Origin: Haloquadratum walsbyi J07HQW2
GTDB taxonomy: Archaea > Halobacteriota > Halobacteria > Halobacteriales > Haloferacaceae
Assembly (NCBI RefSeq): GCF_000415985.1
Contig: NZ_KE356561.1
Location: 3,105,862 to 3,169,861, forward strand
Reading direction: 5' to 3'
DNA length: 64,000 bases
This document shows, one piece after another, positions 18,257 through 27,314 of the stretch. Position 1 is the first letter of the stretch. Every line of letters starts with the position of its first letter. The position numbers and the translations under genes are program-made. The notes beneath the pieces are model-generated. The model was not told the origin of the DNA. It did no database searches and worked only from the letters and a program-made list of their open reading frames with translations.

Positions 18257-19858
18257 TCATGAGCTAAAATCCGATAATGACCCCTGTGAGGTTGACGCCG
18301 ATGATCGTGATCGTCGATCCCGATCCCGATTCCGATCCGATCCCGATTGTAGCGACGCATCATTTGTCCGTGCTTGGTCTGCATCACTCAAGGCCTCATA
18401 AATACGTGCAAGTCCGCGAACATCATCCTCACAATACGCCTCTAAACGATCCCACGGCGGCGGTGATACAGTCTCTGGATTATCGGCAGTGGTCATGCGT
18501 TCACGCCAGTCAACATAGAGCTCAGCAACGCGCCGTCCATTGATTCCCTGCGTTTTCGGTTCCCATCCAAGCGCCGTCGCAACGTGTTCAAGTTTATTTG
18601 TTCGTCCAGGAAATTCAGCATTTCCCTGTGTTCTTCCCCAATACAGTGGATCAAAGGTATATCGATTTTCCCAGTCGTCGAGATACGATGGACAGTGCTT
18701 CTGTAATTGCTCATGGATAACATCAAAATCGAAACCGTATCCATTCCAAGCAACAACCGGTCTCCCACGAGCACTCCCTGTTAACCATGTCATAAATGCT
18801 TCAAGATGTGCACTCGGGGTATTGAGACCTGGTTGTCGAAATGCAAGATAGTTCCCTGACGATGCTGACCCATCAAGAACGCCGATAAGCCATGCTGTTG
18901 ACGCTGCAAGACCATCCGTTTCGATATCAATGAACACCGGATCGCCCGTCGGCAGTGACCTATCACCAGTAGACACAACCATTTCATCAGTGACAGCCGT
19001 AGCTGATGCGTGGATTTGTTCTGCGGTACTATTACCGATACTAGGAACGGTAGTGAGTTTGTGTGGTGATGCTGTAGCAACAGCTGATCGAGTCTCAAAT
19101 CCTTCTGTTCGGAGGTGATTAGCACGTGTCTCACTAACACCAGTTATTCCTCGAAGTCCAAACCGATCTGGTGATATTGTTTCTGTAGTGATTGCTCCAT
19201 TCGGGAACACCGAGACGACCGTCAGTGGTTGTGTCGAATCATCGAGTCCAACGCCAAGGCGTGCACGCGAGGTACCAATCCCGGCAATAGACATGTGATG
19301 ATCATCTGAGGTTGATACAACACGATTATATGATGCTCGAAGCCCGGTCGAAAGATATGATAAACCGACACTCGCCTCCTCTTTCTCTGATGAATGATCG
19401 GCGATCCATGCTGAATCGATAGTATCAATGTACGCTTCTAATCCATCGAGGCGTGTTTGCCGATCATGTGGATCGATACGTAATGAGAGAGCATCAGTTA
19501 CAACGTATCCATGCTCCGTTTCGATGAGTGATGTCGGATCGTCTGGTAGTGAATCAACCGACGGAGAAACAACAACCGTCACATTCTCATTTGCTGCTTC
19601 GACTGTCTGCGGGAGCATCCCACGACCAGGCTGATATACAGGAACATCAATACTGCCGGTCAGTGCTGGGATAACAACACCACTGTCGGGATCTACCGGA
19701 ATAATTACATCTGGGTTGACCGCAGCAACTGCATCAGAGACGACATCAACCGGATCAAACTCCCGAATTACACTCCCAGGGACTGTCAGCAGCGTGCCGG
19801 CGGCAGCATCAGAATCTGGAAGAAGTGTCGACGGGGTTGAACTCACGGTCACAATCAA
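18257..19858 (-). CDS. RNase H-like (DnaQ-type, YprB/MrfB-like) exonuclease with helix-hairpin-helix region
   Basis: FIDIETDGL, VAWNGYGFDFDVI, NKLEHVATALGW, YCEDDVRGL; HhH-like GITGVSETRA and VPSIG. Confidence 0.85.
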   Translation of the reverse strand: MIVTVSSTPSTLLPDSDAAAGTLLTVPGSVIREFDPVDVVSDAVAAVNPDVIIPVDPDSGVVIPALTGSIDVPVYQPGRGMLPQTVEAANENVTVVVSPSVDSLPDDPTSLIETEHGYVVTDALSLRIDPHDRQTRLDGLEAYIDTIDSAWIADHSSEKEEASVGLSYLSTGLRASYNRVVSTSDDHHMSIAGIGTSRARLGVGLDDSTQPLTVVSVFPNGAITTETISPDRFGLRGITGVSETRANHLRTEGFETRSAVATASPHKLTTVPSIGNSTAEQIHASATAVTDEMVVSTGDRSLPTGDPVFIDIETDGLAASTAWLIGVLDGSASSGNYLAFRQPGLNTPSAHLEAFMTWLTGSARGRPVVAWNGYGFDFDVIHEQLQKHCPSYLDDWENRYTFDPLYWGRTQGNAEFPGRTNKLEHVATALGWEPKTQGINGRRVAELYVDWRERMTTADNPETVSPPPWDRLEAYCEDDVRGLARIYEALSDADQARTNDASLQSGSDRNRDRDRRSRSSASTSQGSLSDFSS

Positions 19859-19934
19859 TTATTAGTGGGGCGTCCGTCGTCTTGAACGTTCGTCTGTCAT
19901 GTTTCATATATGCCTGCTATACGATGATTTTTAT

Positions 19935-21506
19935 AGCCGGAGCAGGCGCAATACCACGTCACGTCGTTTACGGCGTGGATACGCGCCGTCAACTGCTGAC
20001 ACAATCAACCGTTGTTCGGCATTGCAGGATATTCCACGCGACCCGAAATCGACACTAGTAGGTAATTAGAATATTACGGATTATGTATGGCGAAACAGGT
20101 CGTCAAACGCACCATCAAAGGTTCAATCCAGAACCACTCACAAGTGCAAGACGACCTAGACTCGCTTGGATTTGCCGCCAGTAAACTCTGGAACGTCGCC
20201 CGCTGGACAAGTGGGCGAGTCTGGAACGAAACAGGCCACATCCCCAACGACGGCGAATTAAAATCGTCCCTCAAAACACACGAGCGCTATGATGACCTAC
20301 ACTCGCAGTCAAGTCAACTCAGCGAGTTCTCGAAGAACTCTCTGAAGCGTTCAACGGCTGGTACGGGAAACGCCAGAATGGGGACATGAAAGCGAATCCA
20401 CCAGCATACCATACCGCAAACACAACGACGAGCATCCACGCTCAACGGTAACGTTCAAAGGCGCTGGCTTCAAACTCGATAACAAGAACGGTCAAGTCCG
20501 ACTCTCCAAAGGTGGTAACCTGAAAGAGTACTGGTCAGACTTCAGTCTCTGCGACATCCAAACACGGTCTGATGTTGACCTTTCTGCGATTGAGAGCGTT
20601 CAGCAGGTCCGAGCCGTCTGGAACAAGCAACGAGATGGAGATGAGTGGGAACTCCACATCGTCTGCAATGTCGAAATGACTGTCTCAGAGAACAACACGG
20701 AGAAAACTGTCTGTATCGACCTTGGAATCTGTCACTTCGCTGCCCTCGCGTTTGAAGACCAGAAGTCCGAGCTGTACCCGTTGAACTGTCTCAAACAGGA
20801 TGATTACTATTACAGCAAGCATATCGCTCGCTGCGATGATTCTACATCCGAGGAGACAGTCCGATTGAATGCCAAGAAATCCAATCGTCGGACGCACTCT
20901 TTCCACACGCTCTCAAAACACATCGTTGAACGATGTGTAGACGAGAATGTTGGTGTGATTGCAATCGGTGACCTCAGTGGCATCCGCGAGGATGAAGATG
21001 GAGCGACGAAGAACTGGGGCAAGGGCAAACACGGGAACTTGGACTTGGACTTGCACGGGAACTTGGACTTGGAACTTGCACTCGTGGGCGTTCGACCGCT
21101 TTACCGACATGCTCGAATACAAAGCCAAAGAAGCTGGTGTTTCGGTCGAACGTGTGTCTGAGGAGAACACGTCCAAAACGTGTTCAGTATGTAGTTGCGA
21201 ACGTGACGCGAACCGAGTTGAGCGTGGACTGTACGTGTGTGACGAGTGCGAGTTGGTTGCGAATGCTGATGTGAACGGTGCTGAGAACATTCGACAACAA
21301 GTATCTCCGAGTCTCGCCACGGATGGCGGTGAGAGTGAGAGGAGTAACGGCTGGTTGGCACAGCCATCGACGTACCTGTTTGAGAAGCAAACTGGCTGGC
21401 TGTTTCAAGCCTCAAGAACAGGCAGTGTCGTGAATCTTCATATCCCAATCCAGCGGTAGTGGTGCCGTGGGATTCCCGCGTCTTCAGGCGCGCGGGAGAA
21501 TGTCAA
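19935..21506 (+). mobile_element. IS1341-type (IS200/IS605 family) element
   Basis: Left hairpin CCACGTC(ACGTC)G-TTTA-CGGCGTGG at 19954-19978; tnpB-only cargo; right hairpin TCCCGCG...CGCGGGA, then GAATGTCAA ending at 21506. Confidence 0.85.
20087..21459 (+). pseudogene. tnpB: TnpB RNA-guided nuclease pseudogene (frameshifted)
   Basis: Joined frames give SKLWN, HSQSSQ, CIDLG (RuvC-I), IAIGDL, LHSWAFDRF, SEENTSKTCSVC, CDEC, NADVNGAENI (RuvC-III). The frame is broken by short duplications at about 20315, 20405-20414 and 21030-21080. Confidence 0.92.
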
Positions 21507-21643
21507 GATTACAGTATGGTCGAACGCTGAATGTCTCTGACCATTCCCATATTCTGTGTTTGCAGTGTTGATTTTATTTTAGATATCTAATTTAACAGAT
21601 CAGTATATCGATATTTGACAGAAAGGCAATTATCAGACCAACA

Positions 21644-21895
21644 GTGAGTAGGTACATGCAGGAGCCTACGCCGGCTACTGAGTGGTCCGATAGTCCGTGG
21701 TCAATCACAGCCGCCGAAGAATTGCTGCAGGACGTCATCAACACAATCGCGGTTTGTGTGATGAACCATGAGGAGTCAGTTCGCCGCATTACAATTCCCA
21801 ACGCTTCATCGGACGCAGTCATTGATATTGTGATCGAAACCACCACTGGATTCGATATGCGCAATTATTATCGACGGTTAGTAGATGAATTATGA
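21644..21895 (+). CDS. Hypothetical protein
   Basis: 83-aa acidic ORF upstream of the HflX-like gene; no recognisable motif. Confidence 0.4.
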   Translation: MSRYMQEPTPATEWSDSPWSITAAEELLQDVINTIAVCVMNHEESVRRITIPNASSDAVIDIVIETTTGFDMRNYYRRLVDEL

Positions 21896-22097
21896 CACTC
21901 AGCGAGAAGGCAGTGAATCCGCACCCCCGATGGTTGGAACGCTCGCTAGCTATTGTATCCGTACTGGAAACTCTGAGCTTGATATTGCAGATGATAGCGA
22001 CGAACAGTAGTAAGATGAAGAAAAAACAAAAAACAAAAAACAGAATTCACCGTCCAGAATCGAATATTCAGACGAGTAACCGTATGATGTGTAATGT

Positions 22098-23234
22098 GTG
22101 ATTACTTATACGTTTGAACGTCTTGTCAATGCGGTAGTAGAGTCAAACACGCGTATCCAGATAGTATCAGCAACGGGACATAATCGATACGGTATTGATC
22201 CGGAGACCATCGACCAGCTGCAAGAAACTTGGATTGTAGAGGATACGCCAATGGAGCAACAGCTTGTGGTTGATGGAATATTGCATCCAGGACAGATCGT
22301 TGATCTTAGTGATGCTATACCATCAATTACCGTTCAGGATCGTCGTGATATCGTTCTGCGACGGCTATCCGATGGGAATAATCCGCTTGCAACAATATGC
22401 CTTGAACTCCGACAGTGTCGAATTGACCACCGCCAGGCAATGCAACAACAGCGACACGCAGCCACAGACGGTCCGGATGATAGTGGTCGGGTGAATGAAC
22501 TCAACCATCGCAAACAAACACTTCAAGATAGTATCGAGAGTGCAATAGCGGATCAACAACAATTGATAAAGAATGCATATAGCGATGTTGATGCACGCAT
22601 CGGTGTCATAAATCCGATTGGCACTGAATCTGCAGCCAATCGTATGTGCTCAGCACTGACATCTGATGCTGACTCTCAAATAACGGGAATCTTACGACCG
22701 GTAACGCCAGTAACGACTACAACGACGATTGGTCCTCATGAGGTAGCAGTGACGCGTATGACACCACTCGTTAATCAGATTCCAACTTGGTATGAACGCG
22801 TTATTGCAGGAACTCTTGAAATATTTGATGAAGCCGACGTAGTTGTCACTGTGAACTCTATCGATTACACTCAGATCAATAATGAGTCAGCGGACGATAT
22901 AAAGAAGCCATCGGTGAGCATTAGTACTGTTGTCGAGCAGTACTGCAGAGATGACACTGAAATACTCTCACGGACAGGTGACTCGGATGATGAAGTTAAT
23001 TCAATCCGAGCGGATGTTGCAGCAGAACTACCAGACACACAGTTGAGTATCTCACTACCATATACAGACAGCGCACAGGCAACTGTTTCACAACTGTATG
23101 ATGACACGACGGTTGAATCAATCTCATATGATGAACGAATCACACTCACTGTGCGCGTTGCAGTAACCCAAACTGACGCCATTCGGCGAGCGGTGACGAC
23201 TGCCGGTGGTAGCATACAAGATGACGAACAGTAA
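22098..23234 (+). CDS. Divergent HflX-family protein lacking canonical GTPase motifs
   Basis: HflX-like architecture by eye: VVDGILHPGQ...VQDRRDIVL (N-domain), a coiled segment, IPTW...TLE.FDEADVV and a C-terminal LPYTD.A...S.LYD. G1 GxxxxGKS and G3 DTVG are replaced. Confidence 0.7.
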   Translation: MITYTFERLVNAVVESNTRIQIVSATGHNRYGIDPETIDQLQETWIVEDTPMEQQLVVDGILHPGQIVDLSDAIPSITVQDRRDIVLRRLSDGNNPLATICLELRQCRIDHRQAMQQQRHAATDGPDDSGRVNELNHRKQTLQDSIESAIADQQQLIKNAYSDVDARIGVINPIGTESAANRMCSALTSDADSQITGILRPVTPVTTTTTIGPHEVAVTRMTPLVNQIPTWYERVIAGTLEIFDEADVVVTVNSIDYTQINNESADDIKKPSVSISTVVEQYCRDDTEILSRTGDSDDEVNSIRADVAAELPDTQLSISLPYTDSAQATVSQLYDDTTVESISYDERITLTVRVAVTQTDAIRRAVTTAGGSIQDDEQ

Positions 23235-23252
23235 CAGTAGCCGGAACAGCAG

Positions 23253-23309
23253 GTGAAGTACCTTGGGGACAAGCCCCGACTCCGAGGCACTCGCCTTGAT
23301 ATCTGTAGA
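23253..23309 (-). mobile_element. Short IS200/IS605-derived hairpin element (PATE/SMR-like)
   Basis: GTGAAGTACCTTGGGGACAAGCCCCGACTCCGAGGCACTCGCCTTGATATCTGTAGA; nearly identical to 1479-1556. Confidence 0.75.
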
Positions 23310-23426
23310 TCTCTTTAATCATGACTGCGCTTTGCCGAATTACTGGACGAATCTGACACAACAGTATCGTGACTGCTCTGCCGCGAGAAGAACTATCAGT
23401 GGCGCACACATACAGTTTATACAGGA

Positions 23427-24548
23427 ATGACCGACTCGAAGTTAGGGAGGCGGCGGCTGCTCACACTCACCGGAGCAGCATTGCTCGGGGGACTTGCAGG
23501 CTGTAATACCCAAACTCAAACCCAATCTGATACACAGGCGACTTCTACATCAATGTCAAGTGATCTCTCAGCAGATACTAATCTGAGAGACCAGGATACG
23601 GCGGATACGGCGACCAATCCGTATGGTGAAGTCTATAATGAGACAATTGATTCAGTTGTATTAGTCCGACCAGAAGGTCCCCGCACACGTGGTCAGGGAA
23701 CCGGATTTCTATACAATGATAACCATGTGATAACGAACGCACACGTTGTTGGAGAGGCAACCACAGCAGATGTCCGGTTTTCGCAGGGAGAGTGGCGAAC
23801 TGGGTCTGTTGTCGGGTCTGATCCACACAGTGATCTCGCAGCAATCGCTGTTGATTCACCTCCTGAATCGGTGTCTCCAATCCCATTTATTGATACTCCA
23901 GCAACAATTGGGCAGGAAGTTGTCGCAATTGGAAATCCCTTCGATCTCAGCGGGACAGTAACCTCAGGAATCGTAAGTGGTGTAAATCGGTCAATCCCAG
24001 CACCGACAGGATTTACAATTCCTGATGCAATCCAAACCGACGCCGCAGTCAATCCTGGAAATAGTGGCGGACCACTCATGTCACTTGATGGGCAAGTCGT
24101 TGCAGTCATCAACTCTGGTGGCGGCGATAATATCGCATTCGGTATCTCAGCAGCCCTCACACAACGAGTTATTCCTCGATTAATCGAAGTCGGTGATTTT
24201 GATCATTCATATATTGGCGTTCGATTTGAGTCGGTCACCCCAGAGATCGCCCGTGCAAACGGGCTCGAAACCCCACGTGGACTCCATATTGTCGATGTCA
24301 TCGACGGAGCGCCAGCAGATGGTACATTGCAACCAAGCGATGGACAACAAATGGTTGATGGAACCCAAGTTCGAGTCGGTGGTGATATTATAATCGGAAT
24401 CGGAGGACAACGAATACTCACGACAGAGGATCTTAGCAGCTATCTTTCCTTAGAAACGGATCCCGGCGACCAAGTCCCGATTACCATCCTTCGAAATGGT
24501 CGAAGACGGACACTGACAATCCAGCTTGGCAAGCGTCCAGAACAGTGA
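23427..24548 (+). CDS. htrA: HtrA/DegP-like trypsin-type serine protease with PDZ domain; Tat lipoprotein
   Basis: Twin-Arg GRRRLL and lipobox LAGC; catalytic TNAHVV, DLA, GNSGGP; IQTDAAVNP; C-terminal PDZ. Confidence 0.92.
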   Translation: MTDSKLGRRRLLTLTGAALLGGLAGCNTQTQTQSDTQATSTSMSSDLSADTNLRDQDTADTATNPYGEVYNETIDSVVLVRPEGPRTRGQGTGFLYNDNHVITNAHVVGEATTADVRFSQGEWRTGSVVGSDPHSDLAAIAVDSPPESVSPIPFIDTPATIGQEVVAIGNPFDLSGTVTSGIVSGVNRSIPAPTGFTIPDAIQTDAAVNPGNSGGPLMSLDGQVVAVINSGGGDNIAFGISAALTQRVIPRLIEVGDFDHSYIGVRFESVTPEIARANGLETPRGLHIVDVIDGAPADGTLQPSDGQQMVDGTQVRVGGDIIIGIGGQRILTTEDLSSYLSLETDPGDQVPITILRNGRRRTLTIQLGKRPEQ

Positions 24549-24729
24549 TCAAATTTCTCTCATGAGCGCTATCTTGTGGTAACTTAAAACAGTCTTAACA
24601 GATATTGTAAATCAGAAATAATAACGCGTTTATTCTGATATCGTTCTGTTTATTTACTACAGGGCATCGTAAAACAATACAAAATCTCACATCTTGATCG
24701 CGGGAGGACGTTATCCAGTAGTGTCGTTT

Positions 24730-26106
24730 TTAATCGTCGTTTGCTTCAGCCTGTTGTCTAGCACCGAGTTTTGCCTGCTCGCGGGCGCTCGGATTAGCCG
24801 ACTCTTTGAACGGCACTTCTGCGACTGTTGCATATGCAGGACCACCTGATTCAGCGTACTTTTCAGGCAGATGAACCTGGAATTCAAGATCAAGATCGTT
24901 TTCATAGATCTCATCATTGAGTAGTGCATCTGTCTCGCTCTCAAGTTTATCTGCAGGAACAAACCCAAGCCCAATGTTTGTCTCAAGATCTGGATTCCAC
25001 CACGGCGAGGTCATATATCCACATTCTTCACCCGTGTCTGGGTCTGATACTAACCAGAAATCCGGGGCGTAATCCCGGATTGGCTCGCCAGACATTTTCA
25101 GTCCAACGAGCTTGAGGTTGAATGGATACTCACCATCGTTGATTAATTCTTGTTGACGCTCCAGCTCTTCTTTACCAATATAATCTGCTTGTTTATCATC
25201 TGGCACTTGATATCCAAGGTTAACCTGGAACGGTGATGTCTCATGATCCATATCTTGCCCCCATGAGAGAATACCAGCTGCAATTCGACGATGATGTCCT
25301 GGCGCAATCTGCATACCGCCGTGATCTTTGACCGAATCAAGAACAGGATCCCAGACACGTTCGGCATTCTCCATCGCATCACGGACATAAATCTCGAATC
25401 CTTTCTCACCTGAGAATCCCGTCTGACTGACCAAGACCTCAGCACCACCAATTTCTGCATCCATCAGCCCATAGTAAGGGATGTCTGAGACATCGTCACC
25501 AACGACATCAATCATGACATCCTCAGAACGTGGTCCCTGAATCTGCATCGGTGCAACATCAATTTCGTCAACTTCGGCATCAAAGTCCATACCCACGTTG
25601 ACGCCTTGTATCCACTGCATCAGCGTTGAATCTGAAATAGAGAACCAGAATTCATCTTCAGCAACCCGAAGGAGGATTGGATCATTTAAGATCCCACCAT
25701 CCTCATTACACAAAATGACATACTTTCCGTGCATTGGGTCGATCTCAGTCGCATCACGCGTAATCACGTGATTCGCTAGCGCTTCTGCGTCCGGACCTTT
25801 CACGCGAATTTGGCGCTCAACAGCGACATCCCAAAGGGTGACAGTTTCTGTAAGTGCGTCATATTCTGCCATCGCGCCGCCATCTTCAGGCTCAACGAGA
25901 CCACGCGGGTGATAGATCCGATTATACACACTACAGCGCCAGGCACCCTCTTCATTGAATGATTTATCAAAGAATGGTGATTTACGAACCCGTGTCGAGA
26001 CGAGCATCTCGATGCCAGGGTCTCCGGTCTGGCGAAGATTTCGTGGCAACGTTCGGTCAGACTGATCAATACTTGGATAGTTAGGATGATCTCCACTATT
26101 TGCCAT
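24730..26106 (-). CDS. Aminomethyltransferase (GcvT)-family folate-dependent demethylase, DmdA-like
   Basis: WDVAVERQIRVKGPDA, GGILNDP, FWFSISDS, QIQGPRS, SQTGFSGEKGFEI, RRIAAGILSWGQDM. Confidence 0.85.
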   Translation of the reverse strand: MANSGDHPNYPSIDQSDRTLPRNLRQTGDPGIEMLVSTRVRKSPFFDKSFNEEGAWRCSVYNRIYHPRGLVEPEDGGAMAEYDALTETVTLWDVAVERQIRVKGPDAEALANHVITRDATEIDPMHGKYVILCNEDGGILNDPILLRVAEDEFWFSISDSTLMQWIQGVNVGMDFDAEVDEIDVAPMQIQGPRSEDVMIDVVGDDVSDIPYYGLMDAEIGGAEVLVSQTGFSGEKGFEIYVRDAMENAERVWDPVLDSVKDHGGMQIAPGHHRRIAAGILSWGQDMDHETSPFQVNLGYQVPDDKQADYIGKEELERQQELINDGEYPFNLKLVGLKMSGEPIRDYAPDFWLVSDPDTGEECGYMTSPWWNPDLETNIGLGFVPADKLESETDALLNDEIYENDLDLEFQVHLPEKYAESGGPAYATVAEVPFKESANPSAREQAKLGARQQAEANDD

Positions 26107-26360
26107 ACTAATCTAATTTTGTTAGATACTACAATAAATGATGGTGTTCATCACCCCGTGGATTTAAATTGCAATCGACATATAGCTACTCCGTAACACT
26201 GTGGGATCGGATATTGTATCAAACAGATACAATTATGATTTATTCATGCTAATATAACGGATGGTGATAGGATATGGACATCACAACAGTGTGTACTCAT
26301 ATCGTATTATGATTCCAAAAATTGATACTAGAATATTTTGAGTATAATATCTCTCATCCA

Positions 26361-27026
26361 CTACTCAGAGGGGGTCTGTGTATGCTCAGCAATTGTTGCT
26401 GCGACAAGGTTTCGCATTCCACGTCGGAGTCGTCCACTTACAGCAGTTGAAGACAGATTCAGTTTATTTGCAACATCACTGAGCGATACGTCTCGTGGTT
26501 CATTGAAGTACCCTTCTCGAAACGCAATCTGAAGTGCCTCCCGCTGTTCATCAGTCAATCCGAATGATGACTCCCCACCAGCGTCCTCATTGCTATAGAT
26601 TTCAATAATATCAAGCGTAATATCATTGTCAGTGCTATATTCCCAAATAGCGTTCAATGCTGATCGGTCAGGTAATAATAACCGCACCAACCATCCACCC
26701 CCCTTTGTCTCAGTGTGGATTAAAAATCCATTTACTTTCGTGACAACTGTACTTATTAATCGTGTCTCTGGGGTGTGCTCAATATAATAAATCGCTGCCT
26801 CTTCAGTTTCATCAACGAGTTCATATGAATCAATGGTCGCGTCAACATCAAGCGCTTTCTCGAGTTCATCGCGGTCATGATACTCAATCAAGAATGGGAA
26901 AGTGGTCGAACCAGGATCAGTTGTCCCCTGCGTTATAACGCGAATATGTATATTATCAAGCCGATTTAATGTCGGAACAAGTGCCAGGCGTTCATGTTCG
27001 ATATGTACTTTCGCGGTAATGGACAT
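26361..27026 (-). CDS. Bat-type HTH_10 transcriptional regulator
   Basis: C-terminal LTDEQREALQIAFREGYFNEPRDVSLSDVA..L..S..AVSGRLRRG. Confidence 0.92.
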   Translation of the reverse strand: MSITAKVHIEHERLALVPTLNRLDNIHIRVITQGTTDPGSTTFPFLIEYHDRDELEKALDVDATIDSYELVDETEEAAIYYIEHTPETRLISTVVTKVNGFLIHTETKGGGWLVRLLLPDRSALNAIWEYSTDNDITLDIIEIYSNEDAGGESSFGLTDEQREALQIAFREGYFNEPRDVSLSDVANKLNLSSTAVSGRLRRGMRNLVAATIAEHTQTPSE

Positions 27027-27232
27027 TTGATAATCCTCTTAATCGGATTGTTGACCGACTACAAACGAATTTTGCCAGATTAGCAATATGCCTGTCGGTC
27101 AGATTCTCAAAATCAGTCTTTCTAAGATAGTTTAACTAATAAAGAATATGTGACTACTCCGCATCTTCTGTCACAATACATACTATTACTCACGTATTCT
27201 GTATGATGATGAAATGCGAATTTCATCAAGAA

Positions 27233-27273
27233 TCAAGGCGGATACCTCGGGGCTTGACCCCGAGGCAGTTGAC
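27233..27273 (+). mobile_element. Short IS200/IS605-derived hairpin element (PATE/SMR-like)
   Basis: TCAAGGCGGATA-CCTCGGGG-CTTGA-CCCCGAGG-CAGTTGAC; perfect 8-bp stem, same family as 1479 and 23253. Confidence 0.75.
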
Positions 27274-27314
27274 AACCACGAAATATACGTGTCGGCAGCG
27301 CACAATACTGTATA

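Noticed and set aside
15572-19858. DUF1998 helicase as part of a Druantia or DISARM defence system
   Set aside because: No methylase, SNF2, PLD or other Dru/Drm partners are nearby; the RNase H-like partner fits MrfAB-type repair better.
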